NCBI GenBank assembly: GCA_965208575.1
Contig: CBDBOV010000004.1
Location: forward strand, 384,001 to 448,000
From: Spirochaetia bacterium
Lineage (GTDB): Bacteria > Spirochaetota > Spirochaetia > SZUA-6 > Bin103
DNA length: 64,000 nucleotides
Direction: 5' to 3'
This document shows, one piece after another, positions 10,372 through 21,320 of this stretch. A model generated the notes under the pieces. It was not told the DNA's origin, ran no database searches, and was given only the letters and a program-made list of their open reading frames with translations. Made by a program: the position numbers and the translations under genes. Position 1 is the stretch's first letter. Each line of letters opens with the position of its first letter.

Positions 10372-12213
10372 CTAGTAGCCCATTGCTTCCTTCAGGTCCT
10401 GGTCAATCCAGAGGCGGGCAAAGAGCGTATTGCGTTCCGCGCGTCCCATGTTCCATTCGCCGTTGTAACCCTTGACCCACGGTTGATTCACGCTATAGAT
10501 GGGACTGGTGGACTTGGTCAGGCCCCAGTGCTCCCTTACCATGATCTCATCGGCCTGTCTGATAATGCTCTTCATCTCGTCCATGTCGATCGGCTCCACG
10601 TCCGGAAACTCCGAGTGCCACCCTCCGCCGGTCGAACGATACAGGGCATCCACCCGCGGGTCGGTAGCCTTGTTGAAGCAAATCCTGCAATAGCTGGTCT
10701 TCGTGCCAAGGTTCCAACGCATGCCAAAGGTGCCCGCGAAGCCCTGGTATGTGCCACTCAACAGGTGCCACTCAGCCGTCTTCGCCGCGTTTCTGGCTCC
10801 GGACTCGGCATTGGACTGCAAGACGAGCTCGCTTTCAACGCCAATGGCCTCAAAGTAGCCCATGACGATCTCTGCGTAGGTCGGGTCGAACCTGTCGTGC
10901 AGGGCTAACGCGATCTTGAATCGATAGCCGTCGTCGCCGCGCGGGTGCCCGGCCTCATCAAGCAGAGCTTCCGCCGCGGCCGGGTCGTAGCGGTATTCTT
11001 CCTTGATCTCTTCGGGCCATTCCTCATATGGCCAGTAAAATCCTTCCGCCACGTTTTGCGAGACCAACCCACCAGGGGTCGGATCTCCGTAGCCCCGGAA
11101 GTAGTTGGCGGAAATGTTCTCGCGGTCCACCGACATCTGCAGTGCCTTGCGCACGTTGGGATCGTCAGTGGGTGCCAACGCCCAGTTGAAATTGAACTGG
11201 CCCGATGGTCCCCCATAAACGCTCCACGCCTCGATCTCAGGGTTGGTCTTCTGCAGGGTCTCCAAGTCGTCGATCGAGTAGATGTTTACGTCGCCGGTGT
11301 TACCCATGTAATCAACTTTGCCGGTGCGCAGTGCCGCCAGACGGGTTGACATGTCCGGCATGAGGAGGGCCCGGTACTCGTCAATGTACGGCAGGCGGTT
11401 GTCCGGAAATTTCTCGTCGTAGCCCCAGTAGTTGGGATTCTTCTGCCAGGTTACGGAGCTTCCCTCTACCACGTCAGTCAGTCGCAACGGCCCGGTACCG
11501 ACCACGTTCCGCCAGTCCTTCATGTCTCCGTATTCCTCGATCACCTCACGCGGGACCGCAAACCAGAAATTGTTGAGCATACTCTCCAGCGTGGCGAGTA
11601 CAGGGTTCGTCAGCTTGATCTCAACCGTCCATTGGTCAGTGGCGGTTACCGACTCGACAGGTACACCGAGCAGATACCCATGGGCACTAGGTCCGGCTTC
11701 GGCAAAATCTCCCAGACCCAGATAGCGGTGGAAGTTCCACTCGACGTCGTAGGCATCGAACCCGCGACCGTTCACCGGTGCCTTGTCGTCCCAGGAGACG
11801 CCCTGGCGGATACTGAAGATCAGCGTGGTGTCGTCGGGCATGGACCAGCTTTCGGCCAGAGCCCCCCTACTGAACTCGGGCGGTCGGTCCCAGAATCCGA
11901 AATTGAACGTGTCCCTGGATATTCCCCAGTCGGTGAAGGCGAGCGGCTCATTGACGCCACTGATGAAGTGGGCCGCCCAGCCGCCACCAATCAGGAACGG
12001 ATCAGGATTCTCGGCAAGAGCCTTCGTCGGCCAGGTGATTGTCCCGCCATACTCCGGCGCGGTCACCATCTTGCCGGTGGTGGGGTCGAGCACCATCTCC
12101 TTCTCGGCGGTCGCGGCCGGCTCCTCTTCCGCCGCCGCGGCCCAGAGACCGGTTGCGGTCAGAACGAGGACCAGCGCAACCGCGAGGGTCCGTGTGATCT
12201 GTACAACGTGCAT
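10372..12213 (-). CDS. ABC solute-binding protein, family 5
   Basis: Signal peptide ...TATGLWAAAAEEE, LAESWS, VGTGP, NRLPYID; start moved to ATG 12213. Confidence 0.93.
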   Translation of the reverse strand: MHVVQITRTLAVALVLVLTATGLWAAAAEEEPAATAEKEMVLDPTTGKMVTAPEYGGTITWPTKALAENPDPFLIGGGWAAHFISGVNEPLAFTDWGISRDTFNFGFWDRPPEFSRGALAESWSMPDDTTLIFSIRQGVSWDDKAPVNGRGFDAYDVEWNFHRYLGLGDFAEAGPSAHGYLLGVPVESVTATDQWTVEIKLTNPVLATLESMLNNFWFAVPREVIEEYGDMKDWRNVVGTGPLRLTDVVEGSSVTWQKNPNYWGYDEKFPDNRLPYIDEYRALLMPDMSTRLAALRTGKVDYMGNTGDVNIYSIDDLETLQKTNPEIEAWSVYGGPSGQFNFNWALAPTDDPNVRKALQMSVDRENISANYFRGYGDPTPGGLVSQNVAEGFYWPYEEWPEEIKEEYRYDPAAAEALLDEAGHPRGDDGYRFKIALALHDRFDPTYAEIVMGYFEAIGVESELVLQSNAESGARNAAKTAEWHLLSGTYQGFAGTFGMRWNLGTKTSYCRICFNKATDPRVDALYRSTGGGWHSEFPDVEPIDMDEMKSIIRQADEIMVREHWGLTKSTSPIYSVNQPWVKGYNGEWNMGRAERNTLFARLWIDQDLKEAMGY

Positions 12214-12370
12214 ACGTAACTCCGTATGTTGACTTGTTGAGAGTGTTGCGGAGCGCCGTGCCGCTCTCTGGCCACTCTCGCGCCCGCAACGCAGGCAGTC
12301 AGTCAGACTGGCACGCTCGCCCCGAGGCGTCAAGCGCGCGCGGACTCGACAATTCCTATGTTGGCTTGCC

Positions 12371-12568
12371 ATCACCTCGACCCTCCGCGGCGCGCCCACC
12401 GAGGTAGAGCTGGGTACCGCCGAGGGGCTCAAGGGAAGCTCGTGCGCCAACCTGTGCAACCTGTTCACGGTAGAGCAGCGCCGGCTGCGAACCTTCGTGG
12501 GGAGCGTCGGTGCGGACAAGATGCGCCAAGTGTGCCGGGCGCTGCTCGTCGCCAGCGGGTGCGACTGA
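12371..12568 (+). pseudogene. 5'-truncated PemK/MazF-family toxin remnant
   Basis: Unlisted frame ITSTLRGAPTEVELGTAEGLKGSSCANLCNLFTVEQRRLRTFVGSVGADKMRQVCRALLVASGCD*; N-terminal RPV-motif half and antitoxin are missing. Confidence 0.8.
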
Positions 12569-12601
12569 ACAGGGCACACGAACGCCGCGCCGGCAGCGGG
12601 G

Positions 12602-13441
12602 TCAGGCGAAGTTGACGCCGGTGATGCGCGGCCACTCCGCCACCGGCGGCGGTGGCGCGTTGTTGGCTCCGGGTACGGTCTGATCGAAGTCGATGAGCGA
12701 GCCGGTCATCATGCCGGATTCGCCGGACGCCAGAAAGGCAACGGTGCGGGCGATCTCGTCCGGCTTGAGGAGGCGCCCGAACGGCCTGGATGCCTCGGCG
12801 GCCTGCAACCAGCCGTCGCCGGCGCCGTGGTAGCGGCGCTGGATGGCGTCCTCGGCCGGGGTGTCCATGGAGCCGACGTGAATGGCGTTCACCCGGATGC
12901 GGCTGTGCATCACCGCGTTGGCGACGTTCTTCGTGAGGGCGTCGAGGGCGCTCTTGGAGATGGCGTAGCTCATCAGGAACGGCGGGCCGCAGCGTGCCAC
13001 CACGCTGGAGATGTTGACGATCGATCCCGCCACGCGCTCGCGCTGCATCAGCCGGATGGCATCCTGCATCAGCAGCAGCGGCGCGCGGGCGTTGACCGCC
13101 ATCATGCGGTCGAACTCGTCCGGGCTCGCGCTCCAGATGCTGTCGCGATCGGTGACCGCGGCGGCGTTCACGAGCACGTGCAGGGTGCCGAACCGCTCGT
13201 CGGCGGTGGCGACCAGGCGGCGGCAGTTGGCCACCTCGGCGAGGTCGCCGGACACGTAGTACGCACGGCAACCGCCGGCTTCCAGGTCCGCCGCTACCGC
13301 CTCACCGCGCGCCACGTCGCGCCCGCTGAGCACGATGCCGGCGGCCCCGCGCGCCGCGAACAGGCGCGCAACCGCCTCGCCCAACCCCTGGCTGCCGCCG
13401 GTCACTACCGCATAGCAGCCCTGCAAGGAATCATCACTCAT
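12602..13441 (-). CDS. Short-chain dehydrogenase/reductase
   Basis: [17 protein letters not shown]. Confidence 0.92.
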   Translation of the reverse strand: MSDDSLQGCYAVVTGGSQGLGEAVARLFAARGAAGIVLSGRDVARGEAVAADLEAGGCRAYYVSGDLAEVANCRRLVATADERFGTLHVLVNAAAVTDRDSIWSASPDEFDRMMAVNARAPLLLMQDAIRLMQRERVAGSIVNISSVVARCGPPFLMSYAISKSALDALTKNVANAVMHSRIRVNAIHVGSMDTPAEDAIQRRYHGAGDGWLQAAEASRPFGRLLKPDEIARTVAFLASGESGMMTGSLIDFDQTVPGANNAPPPPVAEWPRITGVNFA

Positions 13442-13448
13442 GGCGGCG

Positions 13449-14465
13449 CTACCATAGCCGGGCGCCGGCTCCCTCGCCTACCACGGCGACCGCGTGCTCC
13501 GGCAGCCAGGCGCGGCGGCCGTCGTCCAGGGCTACCTGGTACCAGTCGTTGCGCCGCTCCAGCACCACCAGCTCCGTTCCCGCATGCAGCGCGCCGTCGA
13601 AGCTGGCCTCGTAGGCGGCTCCGTCGCCACGCCGGGCCACCACCTCCGGGGCCACCACCACGGCGGCGGAATCCTGCAAATCGACCAGCTCGACCGCTAC
13701 GGAACCGCCCATGGCGACCGCAACCACCGCGGCGGCGGCCACGACCGCTCCGACCACCTGGCGGCGCACCCGCCGCCAGGTGCGCCACGCGTGCAGCCGT
13801 TCGCGCACACGGCGGGCAGGCGCAACCATGGTGGCCAGGGCCCGCAGCAACGCGAGCAGCCACAGCAGGTTCCAGGCGGTCAGCAGCAGGGCCGTGCGCG
13901 CCCGCAGCGGCATCGTGAAGTGCCAGAAGAACAGCAGGCGCGCCACGCCGCCGGCGGCGGTGGGTGCGACCCGGTCGCGGCGCAGGGAGCGGGCGTGGCG
14001 CAGGCTCTGCTGCAGGTTGCGGTCCGCCGGAATGAACTGCTGCGCCTCCCGGTAGTACAGGATGGCGCGGCCGAGGTCACCGAGGCGCAGGTAGCTGTTG
14101 CCGATGTTGTACAGCAGGTAGCCGTTGCCGCCGCCGAGTGCCGCGGCGGCCGCCTCGTAGCGCAGCAGCGCGGCGCGAAACTGCTCTGCCGCCGCGGCGG
14201 AGCGGCGCTCGCCGGCGAGCCGGTTGCCTGCGGCAAAGTGGCGCTCCGCCTCGGCCAGCAGCACCGCCGGCGCGGCGGCCGGGTCCGGGGTGGCCGCGGC
14301 CGCATCCTGCGCCGCCGCCGGCACGGCCGCTCCCAGGCCGCACAGCGCGGCAAGCAGAACTACCCGCCGAAAGCCGCCGGGAAGCCGAAGCCGCTCGCGG
14401 GCGCCGTGCAACGACACAGAGCCGTTGCCGCCGCGGCTCCGGTGCCGATCAAGAGTGCGGCTCAT
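13449..14465 (-). CDS. batE: BatE-like TPR/SH3b membrane protein
   Basis: [25 protein letters not shown] segments, [11 protein letters not shown]...W...AWLP; last gene of bat operon. Confidence 0.8.
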   Translation of the reverse strand: MSRTLDRHRSRGGNGSVSLHGARERLRLPGGFRRVVLLAALCGLGAAVPAAAQDAAAATPDPAAAPAVLLAEAERHFAAGNRLAGERRSAAAAEQFRAALLRYEAAAAALGGGNGYLLYNIGNSYLRLGDLGRAILYYREAQQFIPADRNLQQSLRHARSLRRDRVAPTAAGGVARLLFFWHFTMPLRARTALLLTAWNLLWLLALLRALATMVAPARRVRERLHAWRTWRRVRRQVVGAVVAAAAVVAVAMGGSVAVELVDLQDSAAVVVAPEVVARRGDGAAYEASFDGALHAGTELVVLERRNDWYQVALDDGRRAWLPEHAVAVVGEGAGARLW

Positions 14466-16312
14466 CGGCGCAACTCAGCCTCGACGTCGGCAGCCCATGC
14501 GCGCAGGTCGGCCGTCACGTCCGCACCGGTACCGGCAGCGCCGTAGCGGGCCGCTTCCAGGCCGCCGAACAGAACGCCCAGTTGGTCGACGTGGCGCTCC
14601 GACACCCCGCGTTCGCGCAGCAGACCGGCGACGTCGGCAATGCCGTGCACCGGGCGCCCGGCGGTGAATCGTTCCGCCAGGTAGGTGCGCAACGCGTGGT
14701 GCTGGGCCGACGGGTCGGCATACGACGGGCCGGCATGTGCGGGGCCGGCGCCGGCATCGAGGGCGCGGCGCAACCGGCTCAGGGCGGCGCCGGGGCTGCC
14801 CGTCCGTTGCCGGCGGCGACGGACCGCGGTCCATGCGGAGAGTCCGGCCAGCAGCAGGGGCGCCGCCAACAAGGCGGCAAGCCCGCCGGACGACGCGGCG
14901 AAGGCGAGCGCGTCGAAGCGCTGTTCCTTGAGCAGCAGCGGACCGGCGTAGTTGTGCGTAATCCCCTCCTCGCGGCTGGCCACCGCGGCGCTCGGCACCG
15001 CTCCGTCGCCGTCGCCCTCCACGTCCAGCATGGTCACCTGGCGGGTCGGCTGTACGCTCACCGGAATGGGGTCGCTGGCCAGCTCCACGTAGCGGCCGCC
15101 GGCGGCGTCGAATACGACCAGGCGCACCGGCGGGATGGCGGTGGTCTCGTGACTGAGCGCCCGCACCGTGCGGCGGACGGTGGCGCGTTCGAAGGTTGCC
15201 GCGGCCGCCGGCGCGTCGCTGATGCGAAACGCTTCGAAGCCGTCCATTCGGCCGATGTCCAGGGGCGGCAGGGTGCGCAGGTCGCCACTGCCGGCAATGG
15301 TCACCGTGAGGTCGATCGGGTCGCCCACCTTCACTTCCCGCGGCGCAGCCTCGGCGCCGATCGTGAACGTGCCCACCAGGCCGCTGAAGGCCCCGGGGCG
15401 CCCCGCGTCCGGCAGCGGCTTGACCTGCAGCATCAGCTCGTTGGACGGCAGCACGAAGCGTTGCGTGACCGCCTGCCGTACGGCACGCCCGAAGACGTCG
15501 CGCGTGTTGCGATAGCCGGCGATGCCCTCGAACACCAGGGTCGCCTTGGGGATGGCCAACTCGCCGGGCCGCTGCGGGATCAGCGTGGTGGTGAAGCTCA
15601 GCGTCCCATGGCGCTCGCCGTCGACGCCGGTCTCGCCGCGCTGCCAGACCACTTCGCGGCCGGACACCTCCAGGCGCACCGGATCGTCTGCCATCGTTGC
15701 GGGCCGCCGGTGTTCGTAAGTGACACCGGTGCCGGGCGCGCCGTCGAACAAAGGATAGCTCAACTGGTGGAACCGCTCCGGGCCAAGGCGCGGATCCCAC
15801 ATCCAGGTGGTGGTGAGCACTACCGGCTGGCCGACCCAGACCTCGCGTTCATCCAGGGTCAGGTGCAGGCGGTAGCCGTCCACAGCGCCGGGCTCGTTCA
15901 CCTCCACCGTGATCTCCGGTGTGTACCGCTGCACACCGCCGGCGACGACCGCCAGCGCGGGAATGGTGAGCGTGCCGGCCCGGGTGGCGGTGAGCTGATA
16001 GGTCATGACGTAGCCGCGGCGCACCTCGCGCGTGGAATTGCCGTTGATTACGGTCACGCTTTCGCTGTTGTTGGGGCCGGCCGCCAGCGGACGCACGGTG
16101 AAGCCGTGCAGCGCGCCGAGGTCGGGCGGCGTGACCTGGTCGGTGCCGCCCACCGCGATCTGGTAGCGAAACGGATCGCCCACGTCCACCGCCCGGCGGT
16201 CGACCGCGGCCCGCACGGAGATCTCCTGGGCGCCGGCGATGACCGCGCCCGCGATCAACGCCAGCACCGCCGCGGCACGTGCCAACCGGAATGGGATGGC
16301 CCGGCTCACCAT
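14462..16312 (-). CDS. batD: BatD family protein
   Basis: Signal peptide, repeated VxVGDP beta-sandwich units, VKPLP...FSGLVGTF; start uncertain. Confidence 0.85.
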   Translation of the reverse strand: MVSRAIPFRLARAAAVLALIAGAVIAGAQEISVRAAVDRRAVDVGDPFRYQIAVGGTDQVTPPDLGALHGFTVRPLAAGPNNSESVTVINGNSTREVRRGYVMTYQLTATRAGTLTIPALAVVAGGVQRYTPEITVEVNEPGAVDGYRLHLTLDEREVWVGQPVVLTTTWMWDPRLGPERFHQLSYPLFDGAPGTGVTYEHRRPATMADDPVRLEVSGREVVWQRGETGVDGERHGTLSFTTTLIPQRPGELAIPKATLVFEGIAGYRNTRDVFGRAVRQAVTQRFVLPSNELMLQVKPLPDAGRPGAFSGLVGTFTIGAEAAPREVKVGDPIDLTVTIAGSGDLRTLPPLDIGRMDGFEAFRISDAPAAAATFERATVRRTVRALSHETTAIPPVRLVVFDAAGGRYVELASDPIPVSVQPTRQVTMLDVEGDGDGAVPSAAVASREEGITHNYAGPLLLKEQRFDALAFAASSGGLAALLAAPLLLAGLSAWTAVRRRRQRTGSPGAALSRLRRALDAGAGPAHAGPSYADPSAQHHALRTYLAERFTAGRPVHGIADVAGLLRERGVSERHVDQLGVLFGGLEAARYGAAGTGADVTADLRAWAADVEAELRR

Positions 16313-16392
16313 GGCGCGCACGGCCCCGGCGCAGCTCGGGCGCTTGCGGTTGTCCGATCGTACGCCGATGTCCGGCCGACACCCCATTCGTC

Positions 16393-17253
16393 CTACCAAT
16401 CCCGCGCCACCGGTTCCATCTGCTGCCGGCGGCGTTCCATCATGGCGGCAAGCGCCTCTTCGGCGGCGATGATCTGTCGCGCCACGGCGTCCGCCTCCTC
16501 ATCGGAGCGCGGCGCGTCGGCCATCTCCTGCTGCGCGCCGGAGTCCTGCTGCCCCTGGTTCTGCGGCGGCGCCTGCTGCTCCTGCTGTTGATCCGCTCCC
16601 TGCTCTGACCCGTCCTGTTGTTGCTGTTGTTGCTGCTGCCCCTGTCCTTGCGGTTGCTGTTGTTGATCTCCGTCGCCTGGTGAGCCGGTACCCTGCTGCG
16701 CCATCTGCCGGCGCAACTCGTCGAGCAACGTGCGCGCCCGTTCCAGGTGGTAGGCGGCGGCCTCATGATCGCCGGCCAGCCGCAGGGTGCGCTCGTAGCT
16801 CTTGATGGCGGACTCCAGTGCCGGCATCGCGCCCGCCGGGTCGGTCTGGGCGAGCTGTTCCGCCTCCGCCATCCAGGAGTGTCCGACGGCGAGGTGGCCG
16901 GCGGCGGCGAGCCGGTCCTCGGCGGCGTTGTTGATGGCGGCCTGCAGCAGGCGCCGCGCGGCGCCGTAGCGGCCGAGCCGATACGCCGCCGCCCCGGCGT
17001 TGTACAGCAGTCCCGCGTTGCCCGGCCGCAGCTCGGCGGCGCCGGCGAAAGCGCCGGCGGCGGTTTCGAAGTCGCCGGCGTGGTAGGCGGACACTCCGGT
17101 CCGCGCCGCGCGCTCCGGCTGGCCCAGCGCCGCGGCGCCGCTGCCGCTGACCGCGAGCCAGCCGGCCACCGCCAGCAGGCACAACGCGCGCGGGCTGATG
17201 CACCTTCCCGCGGGTTGGACGGCGAGAGGCTTCACCCGGCTACCTCCGGCCAT
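16393..17253 (-). CDS. batC: BatC-like TPR protein with Gln-rich linker
   Basis: TPRs, poly-Q tract, C-terminal ...VARDW; start uncertain. Confidence 0.8.
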   Translation of the reverse strand: MAGGSRVKPLAVQPAGRCISPRALCLLAVAGWLAVSGSGAAALGQPERAARTGVSAYHAGDFETAAGAFAGAAELRPGNAGLLYNAGAAAYRLGRYGAARRLLQAAINNAAEDRLAAAGHLAVGHSWMAEAEQLAQTDPAGAMPALESAIKSYERTLRLAGDHEAAAYHLERARTLLDELRRQMAQQGTGSPGDGDQQQQPQGQGQQQQQQQQDGSEQGADQQQEQQAPPQNQGQQDSGAQQEMADAPRSDEEADAVARQIIAAEEALAAMMERRRQQMEPVARDW

Positions 17254-18355
17254 CCCGTACCGTTCCCACGCCCGCCGGCGTGCGCTGCCGGCGCAGGAGG
17301 CCCCCCGGCTGGCGCACGCGCAGGCGTGGCAGCCGCAAACGGTCCGGCACGGCGGAGGCGACCGCGAACAGCAGCAGGGCAAGCCCGATGAAGATCTGAA
17401 ACCGCTCGCTGATCAGCTCCATCGCCTCCGCCTCCAGCAGGCGCCCGGGGGCGGCGGCGATCATCTCCCGGTACAGGCGCCCCAGGTCCAGGTTGCCGGT
17501 GGCCCAGTGCACGTAGCGGCCCGCCGGGGTGGCGCCGGCCACGGCGCGGAGCAGGTCGGCGTCCAGCACGCTGAGCACGATCTCGCCGTCGTGCTCGATG
17601 TAGGCGGCGGCTCCGGAGTCGGACCGTTGCGGGTCGGGTATCGGCTGGCCCGCGGTGTCGCTACCGAGTCCGATGGCCAGGATGCGGGCCCCGCCCTGGC
17701 CGAGCGTCTCGGCCGCCTCCACCGGGAAACTGTCGTGGTCGCCGCCGTCGGTGATCAGCAGCACGTCCTTGAATTCGCGCACCTGGTTGTCGAGCACGTC
17801 GTCGTGCACCGTCCGCAGCGCGTCGCCGAGCAGCGACCCGCCGCGGCTCACGCTGCTCACCGACAGTTGCTGCACGGCCATGCGGAAGAAGCCGTAGTCG
17901 AACGTCAGCGGGCTCTTTACCACCGCGCTGCCGGCGTACGCCACCAGCGCCACCCGATCCCCGTCCAGCACCTGCACCGCGTCCAGGATCGCCAGCTTGG
18001 CGCGCTCCAGCCGATTGGGCGCCAGGTCCTCGGCCAGCATGCTGCGCGAGGTGTCCACCACGAACACCACGTCGCGGCCGCGCCGCTCCACGGTGGTGGG
18101 ACTCGACTCCCAGCCCGGCCGGGCGATGCCGATCACCAGCAGCGCCAGCCCCGCCAGCGTGAGGACGGCCAGCAGCGGGCGCGCGCCCCACGCCGGCGCC
18201 GCCCGCTCCGGCACGGCGCGGAACCGGGCCGCGTCGCGCCGCCGGGCCCGCCCGGCCAGGTACAGCGCCGCCGCCAGCGGCAGCAGCAGCCACAGCAGCA
18301 GGAACGCCTCGGGATGCACGAAGCGCAGCGCGCCGTCGGTTGCGATGAGCGCCAT
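17240..18355 (-). CDS. batB: BatB-like vWA protein
   Basis: MIDAS DTSRSM, DLAPNRLERAK, LITDG. Confidence 0.85.
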   Translation of the reverse strand: MALIATDGALRFVHPEAFLLLWLLLPLAAALYLAGRARRRDAARFRAVPERAAPAWGARPLLAVLTLAGLALLVIGIARPGWESSPTTVERRGRDVVFVVDTSRSMLAEDLAPNRLERAKLAILDAVQVLDGDRVALVAYAGSAVVKSPLTFDYGFFRMAVQQLSVSSVSRGGSLLGDALRTVHDDVLDNQVREFKDVLLITDGGDHDSFPVEAAETLGQGGARILAIGLGSDTAGQPIPDPQRSDSGAAAYIEHDGEIVLSVLDADLLRAVAGATPAGRYVHWATGNLDLGRLYREMIAAAPGRLLEAEAMELISERFQIFIGLALLLFAVASAVPDRLRLPRLRVRQPGGLLRRQRTPAGVGTVRDGRR

Positions 18356-19407
18356 CACGGGCTCCGGCGCAACACGGTCGCGCTCAGCAGGGTGGCCGTG
18401 AACATGCACGCCGCGGCGGCCACGGCCCAGGGCACGAAGCGCTCGCGATAGCTCACGTAGCGCACCGACTCGATCTCGCTGCGCTCCAGGGCATCGATCT
18501 CGCGGTACACCTCGTGCAGAGCGCGCGCATCCCCGGCGATCCGGAACAGGCCGCCGGTGGTCTCGGCGATGGCGCGCAGGGCCGCCTCATCGATCTCGCG
18601 CCGGCCGAGCCGGAACAGCGTGGTGTTGCCCTGCGCGCGTACCGTCTCGTCCGCGGCGATGCCGATGGCGTGCACGGTGATGCCCCAGTCACGCGCCAGC
18701 TCGGCCGCGGCCAGCGGGTCGCGGGTGCCGGTGTTGTTGATGCCGTCGGTGAGCAGCACAACCACCTTGCTCTTGATCTCGTAGGTGGCGCCGCCGCCGG
18801 CGGCGCGCAGCTCCTCCTCGGCGGTGTGCAGGCGGGCCGCGGCCAGGGCGATGGCATCGCCGATCGCGGTGCCGTCTTCGGCGCTGCCCTTGCCGGCCAG
18901 CTCGATGCCGTGCAGGAAGCCGCCGGCGGCGTCGTGGGCCAGGGTGAGCGGCAGAATGGTCTCCGCGTAGCGGGCGAAGGTGATCAGTCCGATCAGGTCC
19001 TGGGAACGCCCCTGCAGGCCGGAGTCGTCGCCGCTGATGAACCGCGCGAGCACCGCTTTGGCGGCCTGCAGGCGGCTCGGGCTGTCCTGCCCGGCGGCCA
19101 TCGGCACCCGCATGCTCGACGACCGATCCACCACCAGCTCGATCGCCACCCCGCGGCTGACGTCCACCACCTGCTCCTGCCCCTCGCGCGGGCGCGCCAG
19201 CGCCACCACCAGCAGCAGCAGGGACGCCACCTGCAGCGCCAGCGGCAGCCACGCCAGCCGCTGCCGCCACGACGGCGCCACCGCGGCCGGCAACGCCGCC
19301 GAGGAAAAGGGCAGGCCGGCCTGCCGGCGCCCGGCCCGGTGGCGCAGCAGCGGCAGCGCCGCCACCACCGGCGCCAGCAGGAATGCCCACGGCGCTTCAA
19401 ACTGCAA
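18355..19407 (-). CDS. batA: BatA-like vWA protein
   Basis: MQFEAPW, ALARP, DRSSSM, GTAIGDA, LLTDG. Confidence 0.88.
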   Translation of the reverse strand: MQFEAPWAFLLAPVVAALPLLRHRAGRRQAGLPFSSAALPAAVAPSWRQRLAWLPLALQVASLLLLVVALARPREGQEQVVDVSRGVAIELVVDRSSSMRVPMAAGQDSPSRLQAAKAVLARFISGDDSGLQGRSQDLIGLITFARYAETILPLTLAHDAAGGFLHGIELAGKGSAEDGTAIGDAIALAAARLHTAEEELRAAGGGATYEIKSKVVVLLTDGINNTGTRDPLAAAELARDWGITVHAIGIAADETVRAQGNTTLFRLGRREIDEAALRAIAETTGGLFRIAGDARALHEVYREIDALERSEIESVRYVSYRERFVPWAVAAAACMFTATLLSATVLRRSP

Positions 19408-20428
19408 CCGCGGCCTCCTCCCCGGGCACCAGGCGCAACGCGGTGACCAGGTCGGCCGCCGTGTCGATCAAGCCGCGCGCGGCCGCCGCCGGCGGGCGCG
19501 CCCCCGCAAACTTGACCCGGTCGCAGCTTGCCAGGAAGGCCCGCAGGGCGTGCCGCTGCGCGTCGTCCAGCCAGTCCGCGTCGGCCACGATCTGCATCAG
19601 CTCCTCGGTGGTCCGCTCCGGGGCACGCACCGCGAACCGCCGTTCCAGGTAGCGGCGCACGACATCGGCCACGGCGTGGTGGAACGCCAGCGGATCGCGC
19701 TCCGGCAGGTCGCCGGCGGCCAGCTCCCTGAGCATGCGCAGCGCCGCCTCGTGCGGCGGAACGAGCGCCGCGCGGGCGCGCGCGCGGGCCGCCCGGCGCC
19801 GCCACCAGAACGCGGCGGCGGCACCGGCGGCGGCCAGCGCCAGCACCACACCCGCGAGCAGCGCGACCTGGGTGATGCGCGGCGCCACCGCTACCGGATC
19901 CTGCACCTCGCGCGGTCGCGGCGCCGCCTCCGCCGGGTCGATCACCGACACCACCGTCACCGGGATCGGTTCCGTGGTCAGCCGGATCTCCCCCCCGGCG
20001 TCGGCGGCGGCAGCGGGCGCGCCCGCGATCGCCACCTGCAGGGCGGGAACGGTATAGTCCCCGGCCAGGAACGGCTGCAGCTCGAACCGTCGCAGCCAAC
20101 GCACCAGGCCGTCTTCGATCAACTCCGGCGGCGCGGTATGCATCCGCTCCACGCGCAGCGACCCGGCCTCCAGCTCCGCGGACGCGGGCAACCGCACCGC
20201 CCGGCCCTCGGCAGCGTGCACCTCCACCTCCACGGTCAGCCACTCGGCCGTGGTGATGGCGTCGCGGTCGGCCCGCACCGACAGCGCGGCGCCGTCCGCG
20301 GCGGCGGCCCGCTGCACCGGCCACGCGACCGCCGCGTCCTGCTCACCCGCCCCGCCGCCCGCACAGCCGAACAGCAGCGCCAGCCACGCGCCGACCACGC
20401 CCCAGGCAGCGCCGCGCCGCCACGCCAC
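19397..20428 (-). CDS. Membrane-anchored hypothetical protein of the moxR-bat operon
   Basis: Single TM, PPHEAALRML, RRYLERRF...ERTTEE, DRVKFA; expected position between DUF58 and batA. Confidence 0.75.
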   Translation of the reverse strand: MAWRRGAAWGVVGAWLALLFGCAGGGAGEQDAAVAWPVQRAAAADGAALSVRADRDAITTAEWLTVEVEVHAAEGRAVRLPASAELEAGSLRVERMHTAPPELIEDGLVRWLRRFELQPFLAGDYTVPALQVAIAGAPAAAADAGGEIRLTTEPIPVTVVSVIDPAEAAPRPREVQDPVAVAPRITQVALLAGVVLALAAAGAAAAFWWRRRAARARARAALVPPHEAALRMLRELAAGDLPERDPLAFHHAVADVVRRYLERRFAVRAPERTTEELMQIVADADWLDDAQRHALRAFLASCDRVKFAGARPPAAAARGLIDTAADLVTALRLVPGEEAAVAV

Positions 20429-20432
20429 CGTG

Positions 20433-21320
20433 CTACCGTCCGCCCGCGGCGCGCCGCTCGCGCGCCTTGAAGAAGCGCACCAGGTCGCGCGTCCACGACC
20501 GGTCGGTGTGGATCGGAATCTGGTCGACGCGCAGTCTGCGCAACTGCGCCGCGAGGTTGTCCTGCCGTTCCCGTCCGCGCCGCTCGTAGTCCGCGCGCAC
20601 CCGGCGGCTGGAGGTGTCCACCAGCACGCGGCGCCCGGTCTCCGCGTCTTGCAGGTCGAGCAGCCCGGCACGCGGCAACGACAGCTCATGCGGATCGACG
20701 ATCGACGCCGCGATCAGGTCGTGCCGCGCCGCCGCCAGCCGCAACTCCGGCTCGTAGTCCGCGGCGAGAAAGTCGGAGACCAGGAACACCGTGGCCCGGC
20801 GACGCTGCACGCGGCTGACGAAGCGCAGCGCCGCTCCGATGTCGGTGCGCGTGCCCTCAGGCTCGAAGAACAGCAATTCCCGCACCAGGCGCAGCACGTG
20901 CGTCACGCCCTTCTTGGGCGGGATGAACAGCTCGACCTCGCCGGTGAACGCAACCAGGCCGACCCGGTCGTTGTGCCGGATCGCCGAGAACGCCAGCAGC
21001 GCGGTCAGCTCCGCCGCCACCTCGGTCTTGCTCTTGGCGGCCGAGCCGAACGTCCCGGACGCGGACAGGTCGACCACGAACAACACGGTGAGTTCGCGTT
21101 CTTCCACGAAGCGCTTCACGTAGGGGTGCCCCATGCGCGCCGTCACGTTCCAATCGATGGAGCGGATCTCGTCGCCGGGCTGGTAGTCGCGCACCTCCTG
21201 GAACTCGATGCCCTGGCCGCGGAACACGCTCGCGTACTCGCCGCCGAACACGGTGTCCACCGCGCGCCGGGCGCTGATCTGGATGTAGCGAATCTGCCGC
21301 GCCAGCTCCGGGGAGATCAC
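20433..21320 (-). CDS. DUF58 domain protein
   Basis: GIEFQEVRDYQPGDEIRSIDWNVTAR, EERE, DLSAS, VSDF. Confidence 0.93.
   Translation of the reverse strand: MISPELARQIRYIQISARRAVDTVFGGEYASVFRGQGIEFQEVRDYQPGDEIRSIDWNVTARMGHPYVKRFVEERELTVLFVVDLSASGTFGSAAKSKTEVAAELTALLAFSAIRHNDRVGLVAFTGEVELFIPPKKGVTHVLRLVRELLFFEPEGTRTDIGAALRFVSRVQRRRATVFLVSDFLAADYEPELRLAAARHDLIAASIVDPHELSLPRAGLLDLQDAETGRRVLVDTSSRRVRADYERRGRERQDNLAAQLRRLRVDQIPIHTDRSWTRDLVRFFKARERRAAGGR

Noticed and set aside
16583-16665. CAG/CAA trinucleotide tract as a contingency locus
   Set aside because: In-frame, mixed-codon Gln-rich linker typical of BatC-like proteins.
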